A DNA stretch of 64,000 bases from Octopus bimaculoides. Its lineage: Eukaryota. A model generated the notes under the pieces. It was not told the DNA's origin, ran no database searches, and saw only the letters and a program-made list of their open reading frames with translations. This document shows, piece by piece, positions 11,521 through 24,799 of the stretch; position 1 is the first letter of the stretch, and each line of letters opens with the position of its first letter. Both the position numbers and the translations under genes were made by a program. The DNA lies in contig NC_069008.1 in NCBI RefSeq assembly GCF_001194135.2, forward strand, positions 12,671,911-12,735,910, written 5' to 3'.

Positions 11521-13402
11521 CCAAAACTAAACATCCTTCCCCCTCCATTGGTCAGTTGATGCTTAGATTGTTTCACGTGACAGTTAGCTGGTACTGGCAG
11601 CTGGAGACTACCGGCAAGTATTTAAAGGAAAATTTGGCAGGGTGGTCGTTGCCCACTGACATTTGTTGATGTTACATTGAAGAAACTAAAGAACAAAAGG
11701 CCCCCCAAAAAATGAAAAAAGCACGCTCAACACCAGAGTTGAAGACACCTCCAAAAGGTGGGAGACTACCACATCAAAAATGGTAGAGGAGTAGGGGTGA
11801 AAACTGGATGTGGTTCCTCCTGATAATGTCCTTAGCCACTGGATCCTATGAAAGAGTTGTTGAGGTAGTGAATCCACGAAACAGATGGAATTCCTTCTTA
11901 ACAAGGAATTTAGTGTACAAGTGCTCAAGAACATAGCACACAGCCTAGTCTGGGAATTAAACTCACAATCTCATGATTGTGAGCCTGACATTCTAACCAC
12001 TGAGCCATGCACCTTCACATTTAAGAAATACTTGAACTTGTAAGAAGTTTGTCATAGAGAAATATTCTTGCAGTAGAAAAAAGTTGTAAATACACCACGG
12101 TCAGTTCAAAGAGCCCTCTTCCAGATTCACGTGTGCATACATTTTGGAATGGTTATCTTCTCATCAACATCAGACACTAAAAAGAGAGGCAACTCTAAAC
12201 TGACAAAGAGACTAAGTTTCTCTAACTGGAATCCAGTCAAAACCTTTTCACTGGTGGCGCTGTTTGGCTGCCCAGTCATAGCAAAATACAGATTAGAAGC
12301 ACTAAGCAGTAATTGAGATAAATATAAATTGTTAGCATTTTGGTTTTTGCGTCAGAGACAAGTACTGCTGATATCAACTCTATAGAAACCAGTAGGGGAA
12401 GTATTTAGATAAGAGCAAACTATTGTCCTTAACATTCATTGCCTTAGGCAGAGTCCCTCATTGTATGAGCTGGTTGACTCAAAGAAAACTAGGGGTACAC
12501 AAATGGCATGAGAAAGCCACACAAGCTATGTACAAGGGTACTGTCATTAACTTGACTGTTAACTATGCTTCTGTTACATAATTAACCAAGTAAGCAGTGG
12601 AGGAGAATGTTAGAAAAGTATAGTTGTTACAATAAAAACTGGTTGGAGAAAGTTCAAACACCTTTTGCTGTTTAGTATTGAGGTAGTTGTCTGCAGTTAT
12701 CCTCTTTCTCTTTGAAATGTCAAGAGTTGAGAGAGAGAAACTACTAGTGGGGATGAACATCTACAATGTTTCCCTAGAAATTTACAGATATGCAGATCTG
12801 TTAATTTATTTCCCATTATAAAACACGATGACTTGGCCAAGACGTCTACACTTGATAGAATGACGGAAGGTACAAATGTATAACGTTTAAATGTAATTCT
12901 CTGGTAGATCTGGCCTAACAAAACTGTAGTGTTGGTCACAGAGAAAGGAGACATATTGCAGGTGATAAACGGGGTAGAACTTTACAACTAATTTATACTG
13001 CTTTTAAGATGATGGAAGTCATGTTGTTATCATAGCAGCATTAGAAAGTTTGGTATGACGTTTAAATGTAATTCTCCGGTGGATCTAGATTGCCTTGATT
13101 AGAATATAAACAATATCTTTTGTGCTTCCCTAGACTGATGAAGATGACCGTAAAGAGGTAGACATTAAAAGTAAGAGTGGGAGATATCCGATTTTCTATT
13201 CAATATTTGCAGGGGGTGGGGGAACTACAGCAATGTAGATCTGTGACTAAAATTTTTTCACTCTCAGATGTTACTGATAGTCAAACTTACAGAATTCCAT
13301 TATTGTTTGTATTTGAAGCAAAACTTTCGCAATTCCGTTACATTTAACAGTAACTGTTTATATATTTGAAATAAATTTTTTTAGAATCCATATTTTGTCT
13401 AG

Positions 13403-13800
13403 CAGCATATAAACAGAAACAAAGTACATTTCGTCGTTTGTGTTTCCGAGTCTATTTTTATAATTTCTGTTGTTAAAGTTTACTTCGTGTGAAATTGCTT
13501 CTTCGTGCAGACGGTGTTCCAGCTTTATAGGCAGCTGAATTTAGGAGGGGAACAGAGTCTTGACGATGACCCAGGGTCTGGACGTCCCACAACTACCACC
13601 ACAGAGGAAAACATTGATCATGTTCACCACTTGCTAATGAATGACAAGCGATTGACTATAGATGAAATAGCCAATGCTGTTAGCATATCCCACAAGTTGA
13701 GAATATTCTGCACAATGAACTTGGCATGACGAAGGTTTCTGTTCAGACGTTTGGTGTAATTGAAAATATTTCACTATAAACTATATATGTAGCATAACAG
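13403..13800 (+). other. Putative 5'UTR exon of ZNF-2 (copy B) containing a mariner fragment
   Basis: TTTTGTCTAG acceptor and CATAACAG|GTAAGA donor at 13801. Homologous to 2793-2955 apart from an insert of about 250 bp. Confidence 0.55.
13493..13744 (+). mobile_element. mariner transposase HTH fragment
   Basis: SLDDDPGSGRPTTTTTEENIDHVHHLLMNDKRLTIDEIANAVSISH. Confidence 0.85.
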
Positions 13801-14874
13801 GTAAGATATAATAATACAGTTATTTTAGTAAAGGTAGTTCAGCGTGAGTAATGTAAAACCTTTTGATGTTGTTTGCCTGATATTAATATTAATTCTATTC
13901 TCCACTACTTTAACTAAAATCAATTAAACAGATTTAGGCATAACTATGCATGTGTGAAAAGGATATTTTGAAATAAAACGTTCGACAAATACTTTTCAAA
14001 TTATGTATATTACGATTTTCTCGAATTTGATGTGTGCGCGAAAAATAATGGTAGTGTTAATTCTCATACTTCAAACTGTATGAAGAAACAAAATCGAAGT
14101 TTGGGAATTATCCATCCACGCCCCTAAATTTTGTTTTCACATCAAATTCTCACACAATCGTAATCTACACTATTTGAAACAGATTTGTGAAAATTTTAAT
14201 TTAAAAAAATTATCCAATTTTAACAATTGAATATTTTCTGAGAAAGCAAATCGAAACTCTTCTACACCCTTCCGAAAACATTTCTCACAACAAATTCCAA
14301 TGGAATCCCAATCACCATCCAAAATATATCCCTGGAAAATCTCTGTGCGTAACAAGTATTTTCAGAAAGTTATGAAGAAGCAAATTCGGTGGGGCACACA
14401 TCTGTAGGTATGCCCAAATTTAATCAATTAAAAAGATAAATCAACGATCTAATTCTAGACACTCTCTAAACTACGATCTATGATTTTATAGGAACGTATT
14501 GTGAAGTTTCTGCTTATGAACATGTAATAATAGATTGATTGATAAACACATCCATACCATCACTTTGAAAATAAATTTAATATTTATTTACTTGGATATT
14601 TACCGAAAAGGTGTCACCCAAACCCCTTTTCTCTAATCACACAGATATTTGACTTTCCGTATGCTAAACTTGTGAGAGTAAAAGTTATTAAGTTTGAAAA
14701 TATCGTTAAGAAAAATAAATCAAAACTATGATCGATAGAATAAGCTTGTTGGTTTTATTTTGTTATTAAATGATTTCAGACCACAATATGGCGGAAAATA
14801 GAATTAATATGAATGTTTCACTTGGAACATCAAACGGTTTGAATAATCAATGTTCACCATATCTTTTATTTGAG

Positions 14875-15225
14875 TTATTGAACTGTGACCATGCTGGGGC
14901 ACCACATCCAAGAGTTTTAGTCAAATCACCCTCAGTATGTAAGTTTTTTTTGTACATCTGGTACTTATTCTAATGATAACTTATGCTGAACTTTTAAGTT
15001 ACAGGGACGTAAACAGTCTAACACTGGTTTTCAACTGAGTAAGTGGGGTATAAACACAAAGACACCCTCCCCTACACTTGTATGTGTATCTATCTATCTA
15101 TCTATCTATCTATAGGCATTGGTTAGCTTGTCTATTGTAGGAGACACTTTGCCAAGGTGCCATGCTGTGGGACTGAACTTGAAACGACATGGTTGCAAGG
15201 CAAGCCTGTTAACCACACAGCCATG
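14875..15225 (-). mobile_element. tRNA-derived SINE family C (other copies 34617-34985 -, 54645-54969 +, 16640-16870 +, about 5260-5400 -, about 18000-18110 -; tails at 42175 and 55970)
   Basis: Head GGCTGTGTGGTTAAC...GTTCAAGTCCCAC, GGCACCTTGGCAAAGTG core, internal microsatellite, and tail GTGCTCCAGCATGGCCGCAGTCAAATGACTGAAAC. Confidence 0.7.
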
Positions 15226-15667
15226 TCTGTTGCTGTAATTTACTTTACATCAAATGTAATGGTCAACTCTGGATTTTCAAATATAACACATCAACATTTC
15301 AGTTTAGACGTATTATCCTGTACATAAAAGGGTAAGGAAACATCATTTTCCAATGTTAAATATTTCCACTTCTATATAATTGCTGTATCTTTGAGAGGCT
15401 CACATAATTCTATTATCCAAAGGACATTATTTATGTTTTTGACAATTAACTGTTTTCAGTGCTTGATAAATAATATGGCATCAATGATCTCTAATCTAAT
15501 AGATTAGTATTTTCAAAGGTTTTGTCAACTTCATTTGGTGATAAACAACCTGTCTATATTGTAAGGTTTGGTTTGTCTAAGGTGTTACCAATTTTGTTAC
15601 ATGGTAAATGCCTTCTCTTTGCTCTAAGATTTGTGTTTTCAAAGGTTATCAATATACTCAGTAAATC

Positions 15668-15724
<57 letters not shown>

Positions 15725-17164
15725 NNNNNNNNNNNNNNNNNNNNNNNNNNNNNNNNNNNNNNNNNNNNNNNNNNNNNNNNNNNNNNNNNNNNNNNNNNNN
15801 NNNNNNNNNNNNNNNNNNNNNNNNNNNNNNNNNNNNNNNNNNNNNNNNNNNNNNNNNNNNNNNNNNNNNNNNNNNNNNNNNNNNNNNNNNNNNNNNNNNN
15901 NNNNNNNNNNNNNNNNNNNNNNNNNNNNNNNNNNNNNNNNNNNNNNNNNNNNNNNNNNNNNNNNNNNNNNNNNNNNNNNNNNNNNNNNNNNNNNNNNNNN
16001 NNNNNNNNNNNNNNNNNNNNNNNNNNNNNNNNNNNNNNNNNNNNNNNNNNNNNNNNNNNNNNNNNNNNNNNNNNNNNNNNNNNNNNNNNNNNNNNNNNNN
16101 NNNNNNNNNNNNNNNNNNNNNNNNNNNNNNNNNNNNNNNNNNNNNNNNNNNNNNNNNNNNNNNNNNNNNNNNNNNNNNNNNNNNNNNNNNNNNNNNNNNN
16201 NNNNNNNNNNNNNNNNNNNNNNNNNNNNNNNNNNNNNNNNNNNNNNNNNNNNNNNNNNNNNNNNNNNNNNNNNNNNNNNNNNNNNNNNNNNNNNNNNNNN
16301 NNNNNNNNNNNNNNNNNNNNNNNNNNNNNNNNNNNNNNNNNNNNNNNNNNNNNNNNNNNNNNNNNNNNNNNNNNNNNNNNNNNNNNNNNNNNNNNNNNNN
16401 NNNNNNNNNNNNNNNNNNNNNNNNNNNNNNNNNNNNNNNNNNNNNCGAAATGGTGTCTTTTATGTGCCACCCGCACAAGCCAGTCCAGGGGCACTGGCAA
16501 CGATCTCGCTCGAAAATCCTACAGGAGCCAGTCAGGCGGTACTGGCAACGGCCACGCTCAAAATGGTGCATCTCATGTGCCACCCGCACAAGAACCAGTC
16601 CAGGGGCACTGGCAACGATCTTACTTGGCTTATATATATTTATGTGTGTGCGCCTGTGTTTGCCCCTCCACCGTCGCTTGACAACCGATGTTGGCACGTT
16701 TACATCCTTGTAACTTAGTGGTTTGGCAAAAGAGATCGATAGAATAAGTATCAGGCTTACAAAGAATAAGTCCTAAGGTTGATTTCTTCAACTAAAAAAT
16801 TCTTTAAGGCAGTGCTCCAGCATGGCCACAATCAAATGACTGAAACAAGCAAAAGAAAAGAATAAAAGAATATATTATGATATGTGTGTGTGTGTATATG
16901 CGTGTATGTAAAAGTGAAGTGAGTAGCTTCCTCTTCTCTACTGAGATTTCATCCGACACATGTTGAACTGGATATTGACTACAGGCTGCCACAAATAAAG
17001 ACCACTAAAAGAAAGCTTTCATTGATTCCATTGAAAAAAAAAAAAACTTATTTAACATGAAACATGAAGTCATAGAAAAGTAACCATATTTATTTTCTGA
17101 ATTATATCTACTATATTATCATTATCCACTGTCCACTTTTTCATGCTTGCATGAATCAGACAAA

Positions 17165-17760
17165 GGATCTTTTTTAAAACGGGGGCCACATTTTTCATTA
17201 ATGATTTACGTAGTGCTTTTGGTACCGAAAGACTTTCAAACTTCGTATACTTATCTATTTTGTGTTATAGAACAGAAAAATATTTTTGTATTCGAATTTA
17301 TTTCATGTAAAAAATTGTCTTATTTCGATAATTTCAACCAATCACTGACGTCCACTCAGCCGATATACATTAAGTGCCGACTACATAAACAAACGATTCT
17401 TCGTTTTATTTGCTTTTTTCATTTTAAATTTGCTTTAACCCTAACCCTAAGCCTAAGCCTAACCCTAACTCTAACCCTAGGGTTAGGGTTAGGGTTAGAG
17501 TTAGGGTTAGGGTTAGGGTTAATTGTTTCAGAATCGTTTGTTTATGTAGTCGGCACTTAATGTATATCGGCTGAATGGACGTCAGTGATTGGTTGAAATT
17601 ACAGAAATACGACAACTTTAACATGGAATAATTTATGGATTTCTTTTTTTTTTAAGAAGACTAAGAGAAAAAGATGTTTTATATGACACATTCTACCAGT
17701 GTTCCAAGTTTCAAAGTGTTTCGTTAATGAAAAATGTGGCCCCCGTTTTAAAAAAGATCC
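17165..17760. mobile_element. MITE with perfect 37-bp TIRs, 8-bp TSD and a central (CCCTAA)n(TTAGGG)n palindrome
   Basis: TIR GGATCTTTTTTAAAACGGGGGCCACATTTTTCATTAA at 17165-17201 and 17724-17760. TSD CAGACAAA at 17157-17164 and 17761-17768. Confidence 0.92.
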
Positions 17761-18589
17761 CAGACAAAATTTGTGAAAGTAAATTTTCTTTTGCAGGATG
17801 CCTTTTCTGTCACCAACCTTCACCTGTTTCCAGACAAGGCTATAATTCCCAAGGCTAGACATAGTTTTCAAAGAAAACTGGAAACAAACATCATTTGTAT
17901 GATGATGATGCTCGTTTACAGCCATCATATGATGACAAGAACTGGGTACACTCAAACACACACACACACACACATTTGGTAGAGACTGGGTGTCTACAGA
18001 ATCCACTCACAAAGTATTGGTCAACACAAGGCTATAGGAGACAGTTGGCCTTGGTTGCACCTGAGACCACATGATTAGGAAGCAAGCTTCTTAACCACAT
18101 GAGCAAGCCTGTACAAATACATATATCTATTTATCTACACAAATATAAAATACATCTCGAAACAGTTCAGTTCAAGTAAATATTTATTTCTACAGTTTAT
18201 CTCTATAAGAAATTGAGAAAAAATTTCCACTGTTATGTTTTAAGTATCCCCTATATCTTATACTGTTGTTTCTCTATTATTTCAGAATAACAAATGACAT
18301 TGGCATCTAAGAATTGTATACATCATCAATATTTATTATTGTTTAAAGACTCGAGGAAAATGTGATGCAGGGCAGATGTAACTGTCCTTATATAAAACTA
18401 TGGCAAAAGACTGGCAAATATATTTTCTGAACTGAGACAGAAAACAGAATTGTTTTCTTGACTGTCTGGAATGTGTCCAATCCACCTCAGATATTGACAA
18501 AAATCACAGTAGTAGAAACGCGCTTCAGGAAAAAAATATGGACACAAAAAGAAGACAAACATCTAAATTGTGGTGAGAAAAGAAAAATA

Positions 18590-19966
18590 ATGGAAAAAGA
18601 ATTACGTGTGAATAAGGCAAAATTGAAAACACAGTTTAAAAGTATTGATTTTCATAGTGATATGACTAAAGAGAAAGGAGAAACATCATATCCCTGTGAT
18701 GTCTCTGGTAAATTATCCTCTGAAACTGGTCACTTAACAAAACACAAATGTATTCATGTAGGAGAGAGACCATATTGCTGTGATATCTGTGGCATATCAT
18801 TCTCGCAAAGAAATCACTTAACTGAACACAAACATACTCATACAGGTGAGAAGCCTTATCACTGTGATATCTGTGGTAAATCATTCTCTCAAAGAGGTAG
18901 CTTAACAACACACAGACGTATTCACACAGGAGAGAAACCATATTGGTGTGATATTTGTGGTAAATCATTCTCTGTAAGTAGTGTCTTAACTACTCACAAA
19001 TACATTCATACAGGAGAGAAACCATATCAGTGTGATATTTGTGGTAGATCATTCTCTCGAAATGATTACTTAACTGGACACAGACGTATTCATACAGGAG
19101 AGAAACCATTTCAGTGTGATATTTGTGGTAAATCATTCTTTCAAAAAAACCACTTAAATGAACACAAACGAAGTCATACAGGAGAGAAACCACATTACTG
19201 TGATATTTGTGGAAAATCATTCACTCGAAGAAATCACTTGACTGAACACAAACATATTCACACTGGAAAGAAACCATATCACTGTAGGATTTGTGGAAAA
19301 TCTTTCTCTCGATGTAGTGATTTAACTAAACACAGACATATTCACACAGGAGAAAAACCATATCAGTGTGATATCTGTGATAAATCATTCTCTGAAAGCG
19401 ATACCTTAACTACACACAAACGTATTCATACAGGAGAGAAGCCATATTGCTGTGATATTTGTGGTAAATCATTCTCTCGAAATGATTATTTAATTGGACA
19501 CAGACGTATTCACACAGGTGAGAAGCCATATCATTGTGATATCTGTGGTAAATCCTTCTCTCGAAGAAATCACTTAACTGAACACCAACATATTCACACA
19601 GGAGAGAAACCATATAACTGTGATATCTGTGGTAAATCGTTCTCTCGAAATTCTCTCTTAACTGAACACAAACGTATTCATACAGGAGAGAAACCATATC
19701 ACTGTGATATCTGTGATAAATCATTCTCTAACAGCAGTAATTTAACTAAGCACAAATATATTCACACAGGAGAGAAACCATATCACTGTGATATCTGTGG
19801 CAAATCATTCTCTGACAAAGATGCCTTAACTATACATAAACGTATTCATACAGGAGAGAAACCATATCAATGTGATATCTGTGGTAAATCATTCTCTGTA
19901 AAAAGCTCCTTAAGTAGACACAAACCTATTCACAAAAGAGAGAAACCTTATTGCTGCAATGTTTGA
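18590..19966 (+). CDS. C2H2 zinc-finger protein (ZNF-2), 14 intact fingers plus 1 degenerate finger
   Basis: The ORF track starts at a TTG (18458). The first in-frame ATG is 18590 (MEKEL...), positionally homologous to the ZNF-1 ATG. TGEKP linkers; acceptor AG at 18284-18285. Confidence 0.92.
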   Translation: MEKELRVNKAKLKTQFKSIDFHSDMTKEKGETSYPCDVSGKLSSETGHLTKHKCIHVGERPYCCDICGISFSQRNHLTEHKHTHTGEKPYHCDICGKSFSQRGSLTTHRRIHTGEKPYWCDICGKSFSVSSVLTTHKYIHTGEKPYQCDICGRSFSRNDYLTGHRRIHTGEKPFQCDICGKSFFQKNHLNEHKRSHTGEKPHYCDICGKSFTRRNHLTEHKHIHTGKKPYHCRICGKSFSRCSDLTKHRHIHTGEKPYQCDICDKSFSESDTLTTHKRIHTGEKPYCCDICGKSFSRNDYLIGHRRIHTGEKPYHCDICGKSFSRRNHLTEHQHIHTGEKPYNCDICGKSFSRNSLLTEHKRIHTGEKPYHCDICDKSFSNSSNLTKHKYIHTGEKPYHCDICGKSFSDKDALTIHKRIHTGEKPYQCDICGKSFSVKSSLSRHKPIHKREKPYCCNV

Positions 19967-20362
19967 AGTGTATAATTTTCTTGAATTGATTAATTATATA
20001 AATGTATTCATTATAAGAAAGAAACTGTGATATTTGTGGTAAAACATTCTCTGTATATAGTCTCTTATCTACACAAACATAGTCATACTGGTGAGAAACT
20101 ATATCAGTGTGATATCTGTGACAAATCATTCTCTCTAAGGATTCACCTAATGAAATGTAAGTATTCATATACAGCAGAAGCTACATTAATGTCAGAATGT
20201 ACGTTGTTTCTAATAGTTTCAATAAATGATGAATTTATCTTCTGCGGTATTTAATATAACTTTATTAGTCTTTCTTGTCCAAATCCATGTTACTACCCAT
20301 CCTGAATTAATTTTCTTCAGCTCATTTTATTTTTTACACAGTACCATAAAACAAAGTAATGG

Positions 20363-21665
20363 GCTTGGAATGACTGGAAAGATTGAGGCAGCAGGAAGCT
20401 ATATTAGGTAACCAGAAGGCAACAGGCCTACTTAAGCAAAAGCAGAAAGGAAGAGGTTTGCCAATGTCTTACAGCATGAAGATAAGAAACATGAGGTATT
20501 CTGGATTGCTAAACAGTGTATCAGAGAGAATTGAAATGTGGGTGAGAAGTGTATACAGAGGGTTAATGGCATGTTGCTATGAAAGGTTATTAAATGTTGA
20601 GAATACATGGGAGGAAGTGAGCCTTCCTAATGTGAACCCAACAGAAGGATTAGCTATTTACAGCAATATAATAATTAAGACAATTAACCCTTTAGCATTC
20701 AGGTTTCTTTTTCAAATGTATTGCTTATTGATTCACATTATTTTGAATTAATCATGCATTATTTTGTAGCTTCAAGATTTCAATGGTGTTTTTGTATATT
20801 TTTAGAGTGACATTACAGGGTAGGTGTGATAGGTTGGATCTGATCAGTTTGAACATAAAGCAGGTATAATATTTGGCTGGATATGTCCAGATTACATGCC
20901 AAAGGGTTAAGGATATGCAGACAAGGAACTGCTGCTGAGATGTTTGAATTATCCTGCAGAGTAGGATATGGTATAATGCATATTTTTAATCAGATTATCC
21001 AGAATGGTGTCATCCCCAATGACTGGTGCAGTAGCATTAGTCAATTGTTACAAGAGTTAAGGAGATGCCTTATAAAGAAGTCATTCCAGAGGTATCAAAC
21101 TGCTGGACCAGGTCATGAATGTTACAAGAGAGTTGTATCCCAAATATTTAGAATCGTTCAGACTAGATGAAATGCAGTTTGAATTTGTATCAGGGAGAAG
21201 TATTGTTGATGCTATCCTAGATAACTGGAAGAAAAATATTTAGCTAAGAGTAAAATATTGTACTGGGCATTCATTGACCTGGAGAAAGCCTTCTACAGAT
21301 TCTCTCATTCTGTAATCTGGTGTTCTTTGCAGAAGCTAAGGGTTGACAAATGGCTTGTGAAAACTATACAAGCCATGTACAGGGGTGCTTTCAGTAAAGA
21401 GAGTTAACCATGAGTAGAGTGACAAATTTGGTATACAGGTAGGCTTTCACCAGGGCTTGGTTCTTAGTTCCTCTCCTATTCCTCATTGTCCTTCATGCCA
21501 TAGCAGAAAAATTTAAGACCAGCTGCACCTGAGAGCTACTATATGCTGATGATCTTGTTCTCATAGAATCTGTAATGGAATTATAAAAGAAATTCCAGTG
21601 TTGAAGCAAATCCTAGAATTGAAGGACCTTAAAGGTATCTTAGCAAAGACCAAATATCTTGTAAA
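20363..21665 (+). mobile_element. RTE-LINE ORF fragment (EN-RT linker and RT), interrupted by a MITE
   Basis: CYERLLNVENTWEEVSLPNVNPTEG...GVIPNDWCSS...FIDLEKAF...SVIW...LYADDLVL. Confidence 0.85.
20688..20906. mobile_element. piggyBac-type TTAA MITE, about 220 bp (other copies 58120-58325 and 59359-59578)
   Basis: TTAA|CCCTTTAGCATTC...ATGCCAAAGGG|TTAA. The two other copies have colinear interiors in the opposite orientation. Confidence 0.8.
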
Positions 21666-21669
21666 CAGG

Positions 21670-21775
21670 GAAATTGCATCACCAACTTGGTATAGAACTC
21701 TGCATTGATGGTGTGACCCTTTTGAAGATGGTCAATACAAAATACCTTCCCTGCAGGTGAAGTGACCTTGGTCTT
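21670..21775 (-). mobile_element. mariner transposase catalytic-domain scrap
   Basis: WKYPSS...KKTKVTSPAGKV...IDHLQKGHTINAEFYTKL. Confidence 0.6.
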
Positions 21776-22067
21776 CTTTGAGGCAGTTGAGGAGGGGTAT
21801 TTCCACTGCATGGATTGTTTCTTTCTCTCTGGCTCAAAGTGATGAAGCCAACACTCCTACTGGGTTTGGAAACGTTTAAGGAAACCAAACTTTTAGGCTA
21901 TGGAGATTCCGATTCTGAAAAAAAATTGGCAGTCATGGTATTAGCTGTCAGAAATGAAAGTAGAAAAATCCAAACAAGGAATGTTACTGCTGGTTTGAGT
22001 CGAAATCTGTTTCTTTGGCTACTGACTGGCCGGAGCTATCTGTCTGTCTGTCTCTTTCTCTCTCTCT

Positions 22068-22103
<36 letters not shown>

Positions 22104-22794
22104 CTATCTATCACTCGTCCACCTTCGTTTGTTTCCGTAGAATTTATCAAATTAGAAAATGCATTTCCGTAGAATTTATCAAATTAGAAAATGCGTTTCC
22201 GTAGAATTTAAACAAATTAAATTCAGTTTAAACTTTATAAATAAATATATTTCATTTCATGTTCAGTTTAAACTTTATAAATAAATNNNNNNNNNNNNNN
22301 NNNNNNNNNNNNNNNNNNNNNNNNNNNNNNNNNNNNNNNNNNNNNNNNNNNNNNNNNNNNNNNNNNNNNNNNNNNNNNNNNNNNNNNNNNNNNNNNNNNN
22401 NNNNNNNNNNNNNNNNNNNNNNNNNNNNNNNNNNNNNNNNNNNNNNNNNNNNNNNNNNNNNNNNNNNNNNNNNNNNNNNNNNNNNNNNNNNNNNNNNNNN
22501 NNNNNNNNNNNNNNNNNNNNNNNNNNNNNNNNNNNNNNNNNNNNNNNNNNNNNNNNNNNNNNNNNNNNNNNNNNNNNNNNNNNNNNNNNNNNNNNNNNNN
22601 NNNNNNNNNNNNNNNNNNNNNNNNNNNNNNNNNNNNNNNNNNNNNNNNNNNNNNNNNNNNNNNNNNNNNNNNNNNNNNNNNNNNNNNNNNNNNNNNNNNN
22701 NNNNNNNNNNNNNNNNNNNNNNNNNNNNNNNNNNNNNNNNNNNNNNNNNNNNNNNNNNNNNNNNNNNNATATATATATATATAAAATCAAAAAG

Positions 22795-22955
22795 CTTGTA
22801 AACAGAAACTTAGTACATTTCGCCGTTTGTGTTTCCGAGTCGATTTTTAAAAATTTCTATTGTGAAAGTTTACTCCGGATTGAGTGGCGTAATGAAACAG
22901 ATTTGGTGTAATTAAAGATGTTTCATTATAAACACACATTTATGTAGCATAACAG
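22795..22955 (+). other. Putative 5'UTR exon (copy C) upstream of ZNF-3
   Basis: 161-nt homologue ending CATAACAG|GTAAGA (GT 22956-22957). The homologous intron block continues to the gap at 23698. Confidence 0.5.
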
Positions 22956-23798
22956 GTAAGATATAATAATGCAGGTATTTTAGTAAAAGTAGTTGGACAT
23001 GGGTAATGTAAAACCATTTGATGTTGCTCGTCAGACACTGATATTCATTGTAGTCTTCACCAGTTTAATCAATAAGGCATTAAAACAGAATGATTTTTCC
23101 TAGACACAACAAAATGATTAAACAGATTTAGACATAAGTACACATGTGTGAAAACTGTATATTTTAAAATAAAACGTTCAAGAAATACTTTTAATATGGT
23201 GTACATTATGATTTTATTGAAATTTGACGGGTGGGCAAAAAATAATGGCACACTTCATTAAAACGTATGAGGAAACAAAGTCGAGGTTTATGAATTATCC
23301 GACTTCCCGCTGAAGTTTGTTTTCACATCAAATTCCCACATAATTGTAATTTGAAATGTATTTGAAGAAAATTTTATTTAATATATGTCCTCTTTGCAAA
23401 AAGTTATGAGGAAACAAATCAAAACACTTCTACACTCTTCCGAAAACATTCTTCACCACCAATTTCGATATAACAGTAATCTAGAGTACTCACAATGCAT
23501 ATCTAGAAAATTTAATCAAGAAATATGCATTTTTCAGTAAGTTAGGCAAAAACAAATTTGGTGAGGCACACATCTATAGATCTGCCATGGTTTAAACAAC
23601 GATAAATCAACGCGCTTATTCTACACCATTCTCATAACTACTATGTATGATTGTATAGAAGTTTGCTGTAAATTTAGATTCTGCTAATGAACGTGTANNN
23701 NNNNNNNNNNNNNNNNNNNNNNNNNNNNNNNNNNNNNNNNNNNNNNNNNNNNNNNNNNNNNNNNNNNNNNNNNNNNNNNNNNNNNNNNNNNNNNNNNT

Positions 23799-24050
23799 TG
23801 TGATATTTGTGGTAAATCATTCTCACAAAATGGTGACTTGACTAAACACAAAACTACACATACAGGAGAGAAGCCATATCATTGTAATATCTGTGGTAAA
23901 TCATTCTCTGAAAGACATTCTGTAACTAAATACAGACGTACGCATAGAAGTGAGAAGCCATATCATTGTGATATCTGTGGTAAATCATTCTCTCAAAATA
24001 TTCCCATGACTAAACACAAATGTACACATACAGGAGAGAAGCCATATTAG
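23799..24050 (+). CDS. Partial C2H2 zinc-finger ORF (ZNF-3); 5' part lost in the 100-N gap, degenerate fingers continue to about 24420
   Basis: Frame is open from the gap edge ([27 protein letters not shown]...) to TAG at 24048-24050, followed by decayed fingers. Gene versus pseudogene cannot be decided because of the gap. Confidence 0.7.
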   Translation, partial: CDICGKSFSQNGDLTKHKTTHTGEKPYHCNICGKSFSERHSVTKYRRTHRSEKPYHCDICGKSFSQNIPMTKHKCTHTGEKPY

Positions 24051-24067
24051 TGTGATACAAGTAGTAA

Positions 24068-24250
<183 letters not shown>

Positions 24251-24799
24251 TAACTATACACTAACATGTTTATACGAGAGAGAAACTGTCATTGTAATAC
24301 TTCTGGTTAATCATTTTCTCATAGACTGAACTTTACTGTACATGAACTCATTCCTATAGGAGCAAAGCCATCTTGATGTGACTTCTGCGGCAAATCATTT
24401 TCTCATAAAAGACGCATCCTTTCACACGCAAGTGTAAATGCGTCAATGTTAAAATTTATTACATGACAAGAATTAAGACTATTTTGTCTGCTAAAACGCA
24501 GTGTTTTTTTCCTTCATTAATTTCAGTATTGTCAATGTGAACCTCAAATTTGTCATCATCTGTAAAAATATTGACTCTGAGGTAACTTGATTACTGAAAA
24601 TACCTGTGGTTGGATTTTTAGGAATTTTTTTCTAAAGAATACTGAATAAAAAGTTAAACTGTAACCGTTTTGTGTTTGTTTTGTTAATCGATATCGAGAC
24701 AGTGTCTCCTCTATGAATTGAATATCTCAACTGGCACATAGTCACACTTCTTCAATTCCCAGTTTTGGAGGTTATTGTCTTGCCATGAACTTGGTGACT

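Noticed and set aside
15522-16718. Long ORFs spanning N runs (also 22259-22801, 29469-30371, 50908-51128)
   Set aside because: Artefacts of translating assembly gaps and (TA)n.
17438-17522. True ancestral chromosome end-to-end fusion site
   Set aside because: The short array sits inside a TIR/TSD-bounded element that is absent from paralogous introns.
22132-22286. 32-bp and 25-bp short tandem repeats as a CRISPR-like array
   Set aside because: No unique spacers; simple tandem duplications in a eukaryotic context next to a gap.
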